A DNA stretch of 63,490 nucleotides, the filler included, from Hausera hauseri (taxonomy: Eukaryota): the NCBI GenBank assembly GCA_046269625.1. It is 11 parts of 11 records of this genome, joined end to end, with 100 filler letters (N's around TTAATTAATTAA, not from the genome) between each part and the next. Parts side by side here need not be neighbours in the genome. Positions count along the whole stretch, not along the records: positions 45,460 to 53,301 come from JBJURY010901425.1; positions 53,402 to 63,490 come from JBJURY010241071.1; 9 more parts are not named here. The stretch is one strand, 5' to 3'. The number at the start of each line of letters is the position of its first letter. Positions within the stretch are counted from its first letter, which is position 1. A program made the position numbers and the translations under genes. The notes beneath the pieces are model-generated. The model did no database searches. It worked only from the letters and a program-made list of their open reading frames with translations, and had not been told where the DNA came from. This document shows, one piece after another, positions 51,311 through 62,905 of this stretch.

Positions 51311-52933
51311 TTACATAGTATGATGATCATCTTGTCCCCAATCAAAATCTATGTCCGTATAACGCACATATGCAGGTGCAGTATCAACTTCAATTGGAGT
51401 TGCGTCTGTATTGAGATAGTCCACTGGTGCAGGATCAATATAGCACCTTTCCGAGCACACATGAAAAGGTGACAGTACTTGGTTGTGAAAAGTTGGACGA
51501 TAATTTACTACATTAGCTAAAACAGGTGGGCTAACATCATCGAACGACGGTAAATGGAAAAGCTCGTCATCTCGGTAATCCCCACCAACATTAACACTTA
51601 ACGACTGATTATTTGGGATAACTACAGGAATACCACTAGGTAAACTATCTACAACAGGAATAGGAACAGAAATTACAGGGGGCACAACATACTGATCTGC
51701 AAGTCTACGAAAATCTACCTTATTCTCCGTTAAAAATCTATCACGACTCTCGCCCGTCCTGTACAGCATGAAATCTCCGAACTCATGTAAGAGGCAACGT
51801 TTCAGACACGCCTCCTTCTGGGATAAGTCCATCCTTCGAGGCCAAAAGGATGACTGCGAGTTGTACGTAAATATAACTGGGACAGACGACGGGACAACTA
51901 CGGATTTGTACAGGCCTCTTATTGATCGGTTTTCATGAACATGATTGCATTGGACTATTGCAAGAAATATATCGGGACAAACGTCGCTAAACCCTACGTC
52001 GTCGAATATAATTAAATCATATGAGGACGACCACTCTGCAGGTGTGTCGTGTAAACTGTGTAATATTAAAGGGTTCTTGCCGTAGGAGAGAGCATAGCAG
52101 GTTTTGCCTATGTTGCTGCTCCCGAACAACAAGGCAGTATTAACACCCTGATCTAACCTAAAATTAATAGGTGGTATTGTGAAAATATAATTAGTATTAA
52201 CAATTATATTTGGCTTAAATTTTTATGCGCAATAGCTTTGTAATAACTTATGCCGAGTCACGAACTCCGCTCGGTCTCCTTCTTTCATAATATTCATGGC
52301 CTCCGAGACCGAGGGAGCGTCGTCAAATAATCTGTATAGGGCTTTTCTACTATTGTTATCCCTATTAATGTCTATGGGGGGATTACCGAGCTGCATACAA
52401 AACGTTGAAGAATTTACATTTTTATCATGATATTTATATACTGCATAAATATCGCTACGAAAAGGTATAACGTACAAAAAATTGAACAAAGTCTTAAAAC
52501 AATGCAACCGCATCGGATTTCGCATGTAAAATAAAAAGTGAAGGTGGTGGAAACCAGATGGAGAAGTATCCTCCACCACCTTCAGATAAAACTTATAAAG
52601 CAACGACAAGCGAATATAATTACTCATAAGCATGGAAATGTCAATATTATCGTCATATTTCAGGACGGCCATATAATGCCGGAATGTTGCACCTTCTGGT
52701 GGCTGTATTAATTCTTCAATCTTATCCGGAAATCTGGTCTGCAAAGCATGCGTGTAATCATCATTTGAAGGAAACAGGCGAGTATAAACACCATTTCTGG
52801 CATTATGCACTGTGAAATTTTCTCGATACCCCTTTGGAAAAAAAATATTAATATTATTAATAATAAAATAAAAAAATACTTGTTGGTTGCGTTCTTCACG
52901 GCTCATTATCTGACTCTGGGACGATGACGACAT
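51311..52933 (-). pseudogene. rep: CRESS-type Rep, copy B, full length; 1-nt frameshift at ~52225; putative 48-nt intron 52832-52879
   Basis: HHLHFL, YKYHDK, GSSNIGKT, IIFDD, FTYN. Restoring one base joins ORFs 52223-52933 and 51311-52132 colinearly with copy A. Confidence 0.9.
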
Positions 52934-53084
52934 GTAGCAGAAATATGAGACAGTGTATAAATTATTACGAATTTATACAATATCTCATATATTGCATAAC
53001 ACATCATAATACACTGATAAATTATGACGAATGAATAATTGTCCTTTGTATTTAAATATATTTGAAAATCATTCTACTCCTTTT

Positions 53085-53151
53085 TGAGAATGAGCAACCA
53101 ATAATATTAGCTACTATATATAGCTTAATTATTATTGGTTGCTCATTCTCA
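53085..53151. promoter_or_regulatory. Perfect 22-bp inverted repeat (hairpin) upstream of Rep, with a CCAAT in each arm and a central TATATA
   Basis: TGAGAATGAGCAACCAATAATA (53085-53106) pairs with 53130-53151. Inner AGCTA/TAGCT stem. A second hairpin lies at ~53205-53243. Confidence 0.8.
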
Positions 53152-53401
53152 TTTACACATATTCTTTTCTTATGTTTCTAAAAAAAGTATATAGTAGTGC
53201 AGATATTATTTACTATCTACTTACAATAGTAAGTAGTAAATAATTAATAAAAAATTATTATTTACATCGGGTGCATTTTTGATACGGTGAAACAAAGCTA
53301 TNNNNNNNNNNNNNNNNNNNNNNNNNNNNNNNNNNNNNNNNNNNNTTAATTAATTAANNNNNNNNNNNNNNNNNNNNNNNNNNNNNNNNNNNNNNNNNNN
53401 N

Positions 53402-55687
53402 AGCCAAAGACAGCATTCTCCATCGATGAAGGGTTATGGGAGTTTAACAGAATGCCATTCGGATTGAAGAATGGGCCGTCAACATTTCAGAGAGGGACAG
53501 AACTCCTACTGTTAGGCGTCCCGCATGCCATGGTATATATTGACGACGTAATAATAGCGTCACCAAACTTTGAACAACATTTAAAGAACCTACAGAATCT
53601 CTTTGATAGATGCGAAATAATGGGCCTAAAGGTGAATCCAAAAATGTTCATTTGCTCAAGCTGAAGTAGATTTCCTGGGACACCGAGTGGACAGACATAG
53701 CGTCAGACCTCAAGATAAATTATTGGGAAAAATAAGAGACTTTCCAAAACCAAGTACATTTAAATAACTACGTCGGTTCCTAGGTCTGGCAAATTATTAC
53801 CGAAGATTTATAAAGAACTTCAGTCGGATTGCGAAGCCTTTATATGAACTATGAAGAGAAGATCTAGAAACGTTACTATTGACAAGTGAATGCCAAAAAG
53901 CTTTTGAATATTTAAAGGATAGACTGTTAACAGCTCTAATATTGATGTATCCTGATATGATTAAGCCATTCATCTTGGCAACAGACGCAAGCGATTATGG
54001 AATAGGAGCAGTGTTGTCCCAAAAAGGCAAAGATGGAAAAGAAAACCCAGTGGCCTACGCCTCAAGAAAGCTCAACAAACATCAAAAGAAATATGCAGTG
54101 ATTGAAAAAGAACTATTGGCAGTAATATTTGCCTTGGAGGTATCTTTGCCATATATTAGCCAAAATAAACCTCTCTTAATCTATACGGACCATAGACTGC
54201 TTCAATGGCTAAAGCAGCATGAGAATCCAAATAGTAGATTGCTACGATGGGCTCTAAAGTTACAGCCTTATACTCTGAATTTCCAATATAAACCTGGATC
54301 GCGAAACGCAAATGCGGATTACTTATCCAGAATGCCCAACAGACCAGAAACAAAGAAAGCAGTAGTGGCAGCAGTATGGAGCATGGACGGATCTGTAGAG
54401 AAAATAAGGGCAAATCAAAATAAAAACATGGAAATAAGAGCCATCAGGAAGTACATGGAAAACAAAACATTACCGACTGGCAAAGAACCAGCCCGTCACC
54501 TAGCCTGATTCAGTGAAGCTTACGAAGAAAAAAGGATTCCTATACTTTATTCATCAAAACGAACCTACCTTAGTAATTCCAAAGAAAAACAGAGCAGTTT
54601 TGTTAACCCAATACCATGACGGATTACTTGGTGGACACCAATCAGCAAGTAAGACGCTTAATAAATTGAAACAAAAATATTTCTGGCCAACGATAATGAA
54701 AGATGTACAGGAATGGTGCGACAGTTGTAAATTATGTGCTACCCGGAAGAACACGGGATCAAAATACAAAGCACCTCTCAAAGTATGGGACAATACCCCA
54801 GCGCCATTTGAGTTTAATGTAGATGGACTTAACAGGACCATTACCGTTAACACGGAATGGAAATAGATATATTTTAGTCTTTATTCACTATTTTACTCGG
54901 TGGGTTGTTGCCTTAACAATGGCTGATATGAAAGCAGATACAATCCCTGAGAAATTCGTAGAGAACATAGTATTTAATTATGAAGCCCCGAGAATTCTCT
55001 TAACTGACCAAGCATCGAATTTAACCGGAACCATAATGCAATACATATACGATATTTTGAAGACGTTGAATCTACAATCCACACCCGGACATCCAGAAAA
55101 TAATGGGATGGTCGAAAGGTATATTGGAGACTTAAAAGGGAAATTGCAGACGGTGGTAAATACTAGACAGGACGATTGGAATGAATATATTAATGCGTGT
55201 GTTTTTGTAAATTGGACATCGGTCCATGAAGCTACTAAAGAAACACCCTTCTACTTGATGCATTTAAGGGACGCGAGACTACCAATAGATTTGGATTTTA
55301 ACGTGAAACCCACCTCACATGTAATGGAGGTAAAAGAATACAAACAGTTAATGCAGGAACGCCTCCAATTAGCATATAAAACAATTGGAGTAATCAAAAA
55401 CACTATAAATTAAAATATAAGAAGTATTATTATAAGAAGACTAAACAGCCAATAATAAAAAGGGTAAGACATCTAAGTTGGATAGACCATATAAGGGACC
55501 ATATGAAGTAGAAAAAGTGGAACTACCAAACATTTGTTTGAAGAAAAATAATACTTCCTTTAAAGTCCTCATCAATAAATGTAAACCCGCTGCTAAAGAG
55601 ATTGAAGTAAGAAAAAGCGAAAAAGAGCTAGTACAAAGTATTAGTGAGAAAGTAATCGAAGTGGACTCAACAAGTAGACTTGGCTAG
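53402..55687 (+). mobile_element. pol: Ty3/Gypsy pol (RT-RNase H-integrase), frameshifted
   Basis: KTAF, MPFGLKNGPSTFQR, VYIDD; TDASDYGIGAVL, EKELLAV, TDH; H..GGH/C..C; DLTGPLP, TDQASN, NGMVER. Confidence 0.95.
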
Positions 55688-57084
55688 ATAAAAAACTGTC
55701 TACTATTAATAATCATTTTATTATTCCCTGGAGTGCTAGAACAAATGACTAATCAGGAAATTGAACAGGCTAAGATAAGACACGCAACAGCTATAAAAGA
55801 TATGTTAATCAAAAGTTTACAATACTGTATAACGTATTCAAGAAAAGGTCAGAAAAACATGATTTGGAGCACACCTAAGCAAATGCCCCCAGAATATTAA
55901 ATAGGTATACAAGTTATACCCTGGAATGCTAATAGAAGACATCCCAACGATTGACAATTTGACTGTTTACTCCATCCAGAAATTAATGAAACAATATGTG
56001 TAATGGGAAACTCGGGTGTCCACAATATATATCTTACACTTGTTAAGAAAATAAGAGATTATTATAAGAGTCAATACATCAAACTTTACAAATCAATAAA
56101 AATTCCTACAAGACACCAAATGAACGAAACTTTATTAGATGAAATAATACTTAACCAATTAATCGCAAGGTCAATAGGATTTAAGAGCGGAAGAAGTTGT
56201 ATTGAAATCATAACGATGATAGAGTTAGAATAAATATGTTGGATAACTATAGTGATAAAAGAAACCACTACCCAGACAACAACAAAATGTAGAATTACAG
56301 TTGAACACCAACAAGTTTGTTGTAATGTGACACGAGAAAAAATATATAGTATGAACTATACTTTATCCCGAAAAAAATACGGTAAGCTATTAAATAGCTT
56401 AAAACGAGGAGGCCAGCAATGTATATAAGGTATAAAAATCAAAAAGAGTATGATGAAATAAATAAGGAAATAAAACAAGGGGTCACGACACTGGCTGTGC
56501 ACTCTTCGGCTGATAGGAAGGAGATGACAGTTTTTATTAAATCCTATGCTTCTTATTACCGTCAAAAACGTTCTATATGGGATAATGTAACAATTATAGC
56601 ATCCCCTACCGCATTAATTATTTCTATAAAACCAGATCGCGATTTTGTGAAAGTAAAATTCAGTTGTAAGAAACGAGGTGCAGTGGTAGCAAAAGGAGTC
56701 ATAACTCCCGATGATCTGGTAGTACCATGCGCGGCTTTAGACCCCGCTACAAGATACACGGTCATCTTACAGTTATTGGATGACAATGATAATATAACAT
56801 CCACTAAGGTAATATCAGCAGTTACAAAGAAAAACAATAAAATGGGATTTTCATATAAGGTGAATACAGTTAGTTATAAGATAACGAACAAACCCTCACG
56901 AGCGATATATAAACATTCTCGTTGAGAGATGATGTTGATTGAGTCATTAGTTCCAGTAGCGTTTATAGTTATGATAGGAATATTAATTAAAATAATACGG
57001 TTACGATGCAAGAGTAGAAGGAGCTGGGTGCGAATCAATATGCTTGATCTAACAAATCCGTTAGATACGGACAACCCCAGCTGA
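55688..57084 (+). pseudogene. Post-integrase type-I membrane protein ORF: signal peptide, three beta-rich domains (last FN3-like), RQKR site, TM helix
   Basis: CLLLIIILLFPGVL; RQKR; LDPATRYTVILQ; LVPVAFIVMIGILIKII followed by RLRCKSRR. Broken by stops and one frameshift. Confidence 0.65.
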
Positions 57085-57090
57085 CAATTA

Positions 57091-58430
57091 ATGGGAAGTA
57101 CTACAACTGGTGTAGCCCTAAAGTCAGAGATAACCACACGTCATCCGGTTAACTCCTTCTGTAATTTTTATTTAAATAAAACCACAACGATTACCCAAGT
57201 TATTTATATGATAACCGTTGTGTTATATGTAAGTAGTACATCTATATCATCATTGACTATATTCTTTGCAGTACAGCCACTACCTTCCATCAAATTCAAA
57301 CAGTCAGTCGTTCCAAACATTGGCATAGTAATGCCAAAAATCATGTTATAAACGCCAACCCGGCAAATCAGTATTACGTTGTGCACAATGATTATCTAAT
57401 CAGTCTCAATTATCCTCAAACTCAACAAATCCCCAATAATTTAGAAGGATACAGTATGGCCAACCGTTCTCTCGATCTCCCACAATTAACGAAAGCTACA
57501 TCTTTCTTCTTAACAGATATCCTAATATTTCCTGAACGTTTCCATTCAGCAAATTTATTTTGCATCACAGACCAATTCCAAATAAAAACAACAGATAAGA
57601 AAACGTCAATAAAAGGTGACCTGATTAACCTGGATGCCAAACATAGTCTTGCATTTGACCACTTGTTTCCTCAGAACAACTTTTTCAAATTGAGATCTAG
57701 TACAAACCGGATAATCTTTGCTATCGAAGTAATTAAGAATGAAAAATTTTACCCCAGTCTGCCACCAGGAAAGTGTTTCAATTTACCCGATGGAAGGTAG
57801 TGTTAAGGATTGTGTTAAATATAAGAATACATCTTTCTGTCGAATAGACAAAATAATGGATACTGACATAGTCATAGCTGCCGTCAACCTGGCCTATGAC
57901 CAATGGAATCAGCTGCAACCTATTGAAGCATCAATTATGAATCTACATGGTGACACTTTATTCCATGGAATAATAACCCAAGGCAACGAATAAACAACTT
58001 TGACACACATATAACAGGCCTCTCCGAAGGAAACATTAATAAACAACTGGATCCCATAGACTTTTAACGAAAAGTAACTGAAATTATCACTGATAAAGTG
58101 TTGATCGGAGCCGATGTCATCGAGATGGTCGTGAACCATTTCAAATACCCCTCAGGCGGATAGCCGGAGTTCGCGATATACTATATCACGAAGAGGTTAT
58201 CCCCAAATATCAATTGTCAATCGGGTCCTTTAAAGAACTAACCCGTAAGTTCTACGAAACGAAGGGTTTCCCTCTTCGCAGCACTGCTCTAGTACAGTGC
58301 TACCAAGCTATATACCAACAGCTTAAATGGTCAGACGAATTGATAACGCAAAGTACGGCTACCGACGGGTGGCGAACAGCACCAACCACGTCACTGTGGT
58401 CGAAAAACAAAGTTTCAAATGGATGAAACT
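57091..58430 (+). pseudogene. Further decayed coding region of unknown function inside the LTR element
   Basis: Overlapping ORF fragments 57091-57351, 57381-57800, 57739-57993 and 58214-58426. Hydrophobic stretch VIYMITVVLYV. Confidence 0.4.
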
Positions 58431-58561
58431 ATAATAGTCGATGAGGAAGTCTATGAACCAGAAGCCATATGATACAAATCTCGCACTACAGACAAATTCA
58501 TTCACATGCCCCTATCGTTCGATCAATAAATTGGAACAATTTCTTCGACCCGCCATCGAAT

Positions 58562-59240
58562 TGTGTGAAAGTTGACATTTCAACGTAGTGAAAAACATTT
58601 ACGTGAATATTTGACATTTAACACGTACATTTTTAAACGTGACTTGACATTTGGAGAAAAACATTTTAAATGTATATTGCTCTTTAAGGCCGCAGCGACA
58701 TTATTATGTGTAGCATGTAAATTATTTCATTGATTAGTGTATTCACCTGGAATATAGTGTGTAATGTAGAATACTATATAAACTAGTGAAATTTTACGAC
58801 AAGACAGAAAGTTTTGTGAACGTCTTTTGATTCTAACTTTACGCCTTAACGTGAGTATTATTGTTTTGTCACTGTGATTACTATTGCGTATTGATTATAT
58901 GTATTATTGAAATTCGTTATTTGTTGTTATCGAAGTATATATGTAATCAAGTAACATAAATAACTAATAAATAACGTGGCAACTTTGGTCGACCAGGTCA
59001 AACCTACCTGACGACCGCCAAAGTAATAATAAATAACAATATAGAAAAGTAAACAGTAGCAAGTAATTATTAAGTAACGTCACGAACCCCCATACACATT
59101 ACCTACTGACAGATAGGTAAAGTTTGGATATTATTTCTCTGCAAGTTCATCTCGCGTCTAAATAAAAGTGAATTTATTCTCCTCATTAATTAACCCTTAT
59201 TATTGAAGTCTCTCCCAACGTAATTAGTGAGGAGTGAACA
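58562..59240 (+). repeat. Putative LTR (left boundary uncertain, 58562 or ~58707)
   Basis: Non-coding; ACTATATAAAC at ~58773 as in the contig-1 LTR; AATAAA at 59161; ends ...GAACA 3 nt before the PBS. Confidence 0.55.
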
Positions 59241-59243
59241 AAC

Positions 59244-59262
59244 TGGTGTTGTGACCCGGGAT
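59244..59262 (+). promoter_or_regulatory. Primer-binding site, tRNA-His-like (TGGTGTTGTGACCCGGGAT)
   Basis: Resembles the complement of the tRNA-His 3' end (TGGTGCCGTGAC...). Lies between the LTR end and gag. Confidence 0.65.
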
Positions 59263-59387
59263 CTTATTTAAGGACCTTTACATTATAAATAGCAAAATTA
59301 CGACAAGAAAAGGAATGTTATACCAACAAGGAATAAAACGAACCGTACGGATTAGAATATTTACAAAATTTAAGTGAAGAAGAATCA

Positions 59388-60530
59388 ATGGCAAACAATA
59401 ATATAGAACAGGTGATTCAGCCGAAGGCTGACCTCACCCTACCGATGAAGAAATTTTCGGGAAAAGAAGACAATATGAAGTATATTCCAGAAGTTTTGGA
59501 TGGGGCGATAAACAAAGAGTAGAGGGATTACCTCTCCACCTAAAAGGAACGGCTCTCATGAATATATTTTCAAATGCCGGATGACGACAAGAAGGACTGA
59601 AAAGGAATTAAAGAAAAACTGCCCCAGAAGTTTTTAATAGATCCCTCGGGAAAGGGGAGAATTGAAGAGTTTATAAGAAGGAGGCAACGGAAAGACGAAA
59701 CAGTCCAAGACTTTGTCTATGCATTGGAAAAGCTAGCGGCTAGAGCACATCCCGACGTTATAATAAAAAACAATGCATTGTTAGCTCAATTCCAGTATGG
59801 AATGGAAGAAAGGTTGAGGACAATAATCTCTCAAGCAGACCCAGCTACATTTCAAGAAGCAATAAGGAAGGCACGAAAAGCCGAACGAGATGCGGAACTA
59901 TGTAGGTGGAATAAGTCCAAAAGTAGAAATAATAACTACGATAAAAGAAGAAACAATGGTACACAATAGTATCAACCATACGAAAAGAATAGAAGCCCTT
60001 CACAAACGTCAGCTACAGAAGCTGAGTCAGATGTAGAAAAGAAAGTAAGATTCAATTTGAGGAACGATGGAGAAAAGACAATTTATAAAAAGAAATCCAA
60101 AAAGGATGGAAGAGCGTTACCCAACAAAGACTCCGAAGGAATATTGAACTGTTTTAACTGTAATAAATACGGACATATAGCGAAATCATGTAGATCACGT
60201 AGAGGAGATCTCTCGAAATCAAGTAATAAGAATAAACAACAAAAGAAAGATTACACATCAGCCACGTCAGATGAATCGTCCGATAAAGAATATGAAACGG
60301 AGGATAGTGTTAGGGAACATGAAGTTAAGAGAAAGAATAAGAAAAAAGAAAGTGTTAATTATATAAACTATACACTATGTCAAAGCATGAAGAAACAATT
60401 AGAAATGGAGTTGAAAGATTACAAGACACATCAGCAAAGACTAAAAGAAAGTAGTATTTATATGATAGGGGATCAACCGGAGAAAAAGGTATCCCATCAA
60501 AGAAGAAGAAAGGTAATAAAAAATAATTGA
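59388..60530 (+). pseudogene. gag: Ty3/Gypsy gag, degraded
   Basis: KKFSGKED, LPLHLKGTA, RRQRKDETVQDFVYALEKLA, PATFQEAI, CFNCNKYGHIAKSC. Confidence 0.9.
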
Positions 60531-60639
60531 CATAGATGTTGGATGAAGAGAAACATCAACAGAGAGGGAAGCGGTAGGAAAGGAAAAGAAAAGAGGAAGA
60601 AAGAAAAGTAACCTGAGTATACCCTCGTTTGGTCAGGAT

Positions 60640-61785
60640 GAAGCTCAAACGAAACCAATATTTGATGAAACTATATTAGAACAAGTAATAAAGAACTCAG
60701 GTGTAGATCTAGACGAAGAAGACGATATTATCCAAGCAGTAATGACTATTGACCCCAATAATATATGTGATGTAGATAAAACGACTACTACGATACTGAA
60801 GGTAATTACCAATAAAGTGCCAGTAGAAAGGATAAACGAAATATTACCTCAGTTGGTTTTATTGGCCCAAGATATTAGCACGGTGAGAGAGATAACAAGG
60901 ACCGTATTGGCCAAGGCCGCTGAAGATGAGAAAGGAAGAAATGAAACTATGAGAGAAACAGTAAGAGAAGGGAACTAAGACATGAGATTTATACGAATGA
61001 ACGAAATAGACGACATACAAGCTTTACGAGAAAAGATAGAAGAGTTGGAACCATTCTATCAAGGAAGTACTTATGGATTAAATTATAACGGAAGAACGCT
61101 ATATAGGTATGATAGGTTATTGAGAATTGGATGTAGAAAAGAGAACTATAACTCAATATTTATAACCGAGATACATCCAGAAGCGAGAGCGCAGGCAACG
61201 ATGGATAATATCCTAAGCAAAATGGAACCATAGGAAGTAGAAGGATCGCCCGTAGGCGATATTCAAGATGTTACGGTCCAAACAGAAGCTAAAAGAACAG
61301 GTAGACCAAAAGGAACAAAGATTAGTGATATTTGCGACAAGAAAGACAAAAACGAATAAATAGTAAAACGTTTATTATTGGAAGGAACAAACGTTACACC
61401 TGAATCTGTGGCCTTAGATCCCTTATTATAAACCGTACTGGCCAAATTACATACATCATTCGCCTCCTTTCACATGCAAGTAATAATTCCAGATGGGCTA
61501 TTCCAAACCTTACGTAATAATATATTACGGATTATTAGGCAATTTTATGAGAATCTAGACGAAGAACGGATAAACGAATTACATGAATTAGATATTTTGG
61601 AAAAGATGTTCGCAACGGGTATTACACGAGAGAAAGCGCAAACTGCCATATCCTACCTTCTATATAAAATAATAGTAATCAACCATGAAACTTAAAATTT
61701 AGAACAGATCGAACGAAATATAAAGACAGCTGTCAAAATTTTAAAAGATACGTTTGGAAATTGGATCCATTGTAGAGGTGGTTGG
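60640..61785 (+). pseudogene. Unknown helical coding region between gag and the env-like ORF
   Basis: ORFs starting at 60742, 60982, 61474, 61786 and 62365 are all in one frame and separated only by stops. Confidence 0.55.
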
Positions 61786-61890
61786 TTGACCAGTCTAATA
61801 ACCAACATAACAAGAACAGGAGAACGAAAAAGATTAATAGACACGCCGATTTTGACTCAATCAAACACTTCTAGACCAGGTATAACCGGT

Positions 61891-62664
61891 ATGTCAATAA
61901 TGGAGATCCTACAAATCCTCTTAATAACGTCATTAATAATGCCAAAAGCCGTAGGTACAGTCGCATACCACTGCTCCAAGCCTAGCGAAGGACAGAAGTA
62001 CTCTTTAGTTGATTTTGAGAAATGTCCAAAAGCCGACCCAAAACAGTTAACAACAACAAGTGGCCTCGCATATTGGGTTTATCAGGAATCTGAATTTATA
62101 AAGGTGAAAGTTAGGGAATGTTACGTCAAGAGATCATTTTTCCTGTTTCATTGTGCCTATTATTCTGGAAATTTGGCCATCATCGAGCCCACAACACCTT
62201 TTGAACCAATAATAATATCCCGAGCGGAATGTCAGGATGTCTTTAAGATTGGTACAGTAACTATTCACGATGCACCCATACTTGCCGTTAGAAATAGAAT
62301 AAAGTACACCAGAATCTTCAGAGCAGGAAGAATAGATAAAACAATGGAAGGCACATGTAAATGAGTGGATTACGACGTTGGAGGTACCATCGCATCTAGA
62401 ACGGTAGCAATTGAGGATTTCCAGGTTCAATTGAAAGAATACGAAGTACTATTTGACTCACAAACGAAATTAATGACAACATTGTTGAAGGAAGGAAAGT
62501 TCAACAAGACAGTAAGTAAAACGGCTGAGAAGGACACAGCTACGTATAAAGAAGGAACAAAGGAAGTTAAGATGACGGAAGTAGCTACTATTGTGTATTC
62601 AGAAAACCTAGAGGAAATGATGCGATTTAAAATCACTGGAGTGGTAAGTAAATGTACAGTATGA
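61891..62664 (+). pseudogene. env: Env-like glycoprotein (class III, gB/chuvirus-type), N-terminal part with internal deletions
   Basis: Signal-like MEILQILLITSLIMPKAVG, then AYHC...YSLVDFEKC...VYQ...VRECYV...FHCAY...ISRAEC...G.CK. Confidence 0.7.
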
Positions 62665-62905
62665 CTGATGATAACAATATCAAATATGATCAGGTAAAAG
62701 TAAAATCAAAGCACAATCAAATAACTAGCATTAAGCAACTGGCACTGAAGTCACGAAAAGAAAAGTACAGGCAAAAGTTGGTGACGAACTTACATCATCT
62801 AGATCCCGTAGATGAATATCATGGACAAATATATAACGAACGACCATTGGTGAATCCCTCAGTCCTCGATACGTAGTACATACGGGACTGTACCCTATAC
62901 ATCAA

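Noticed and set aside
53102-53110. TAATATTAG as a canonical CRESS nonanucleotide origin
   Set aside because: It mismatches the NANTATTAC consensus and lies in the stem rather than the loop. Kept only as a possibility within the hairpin finding.
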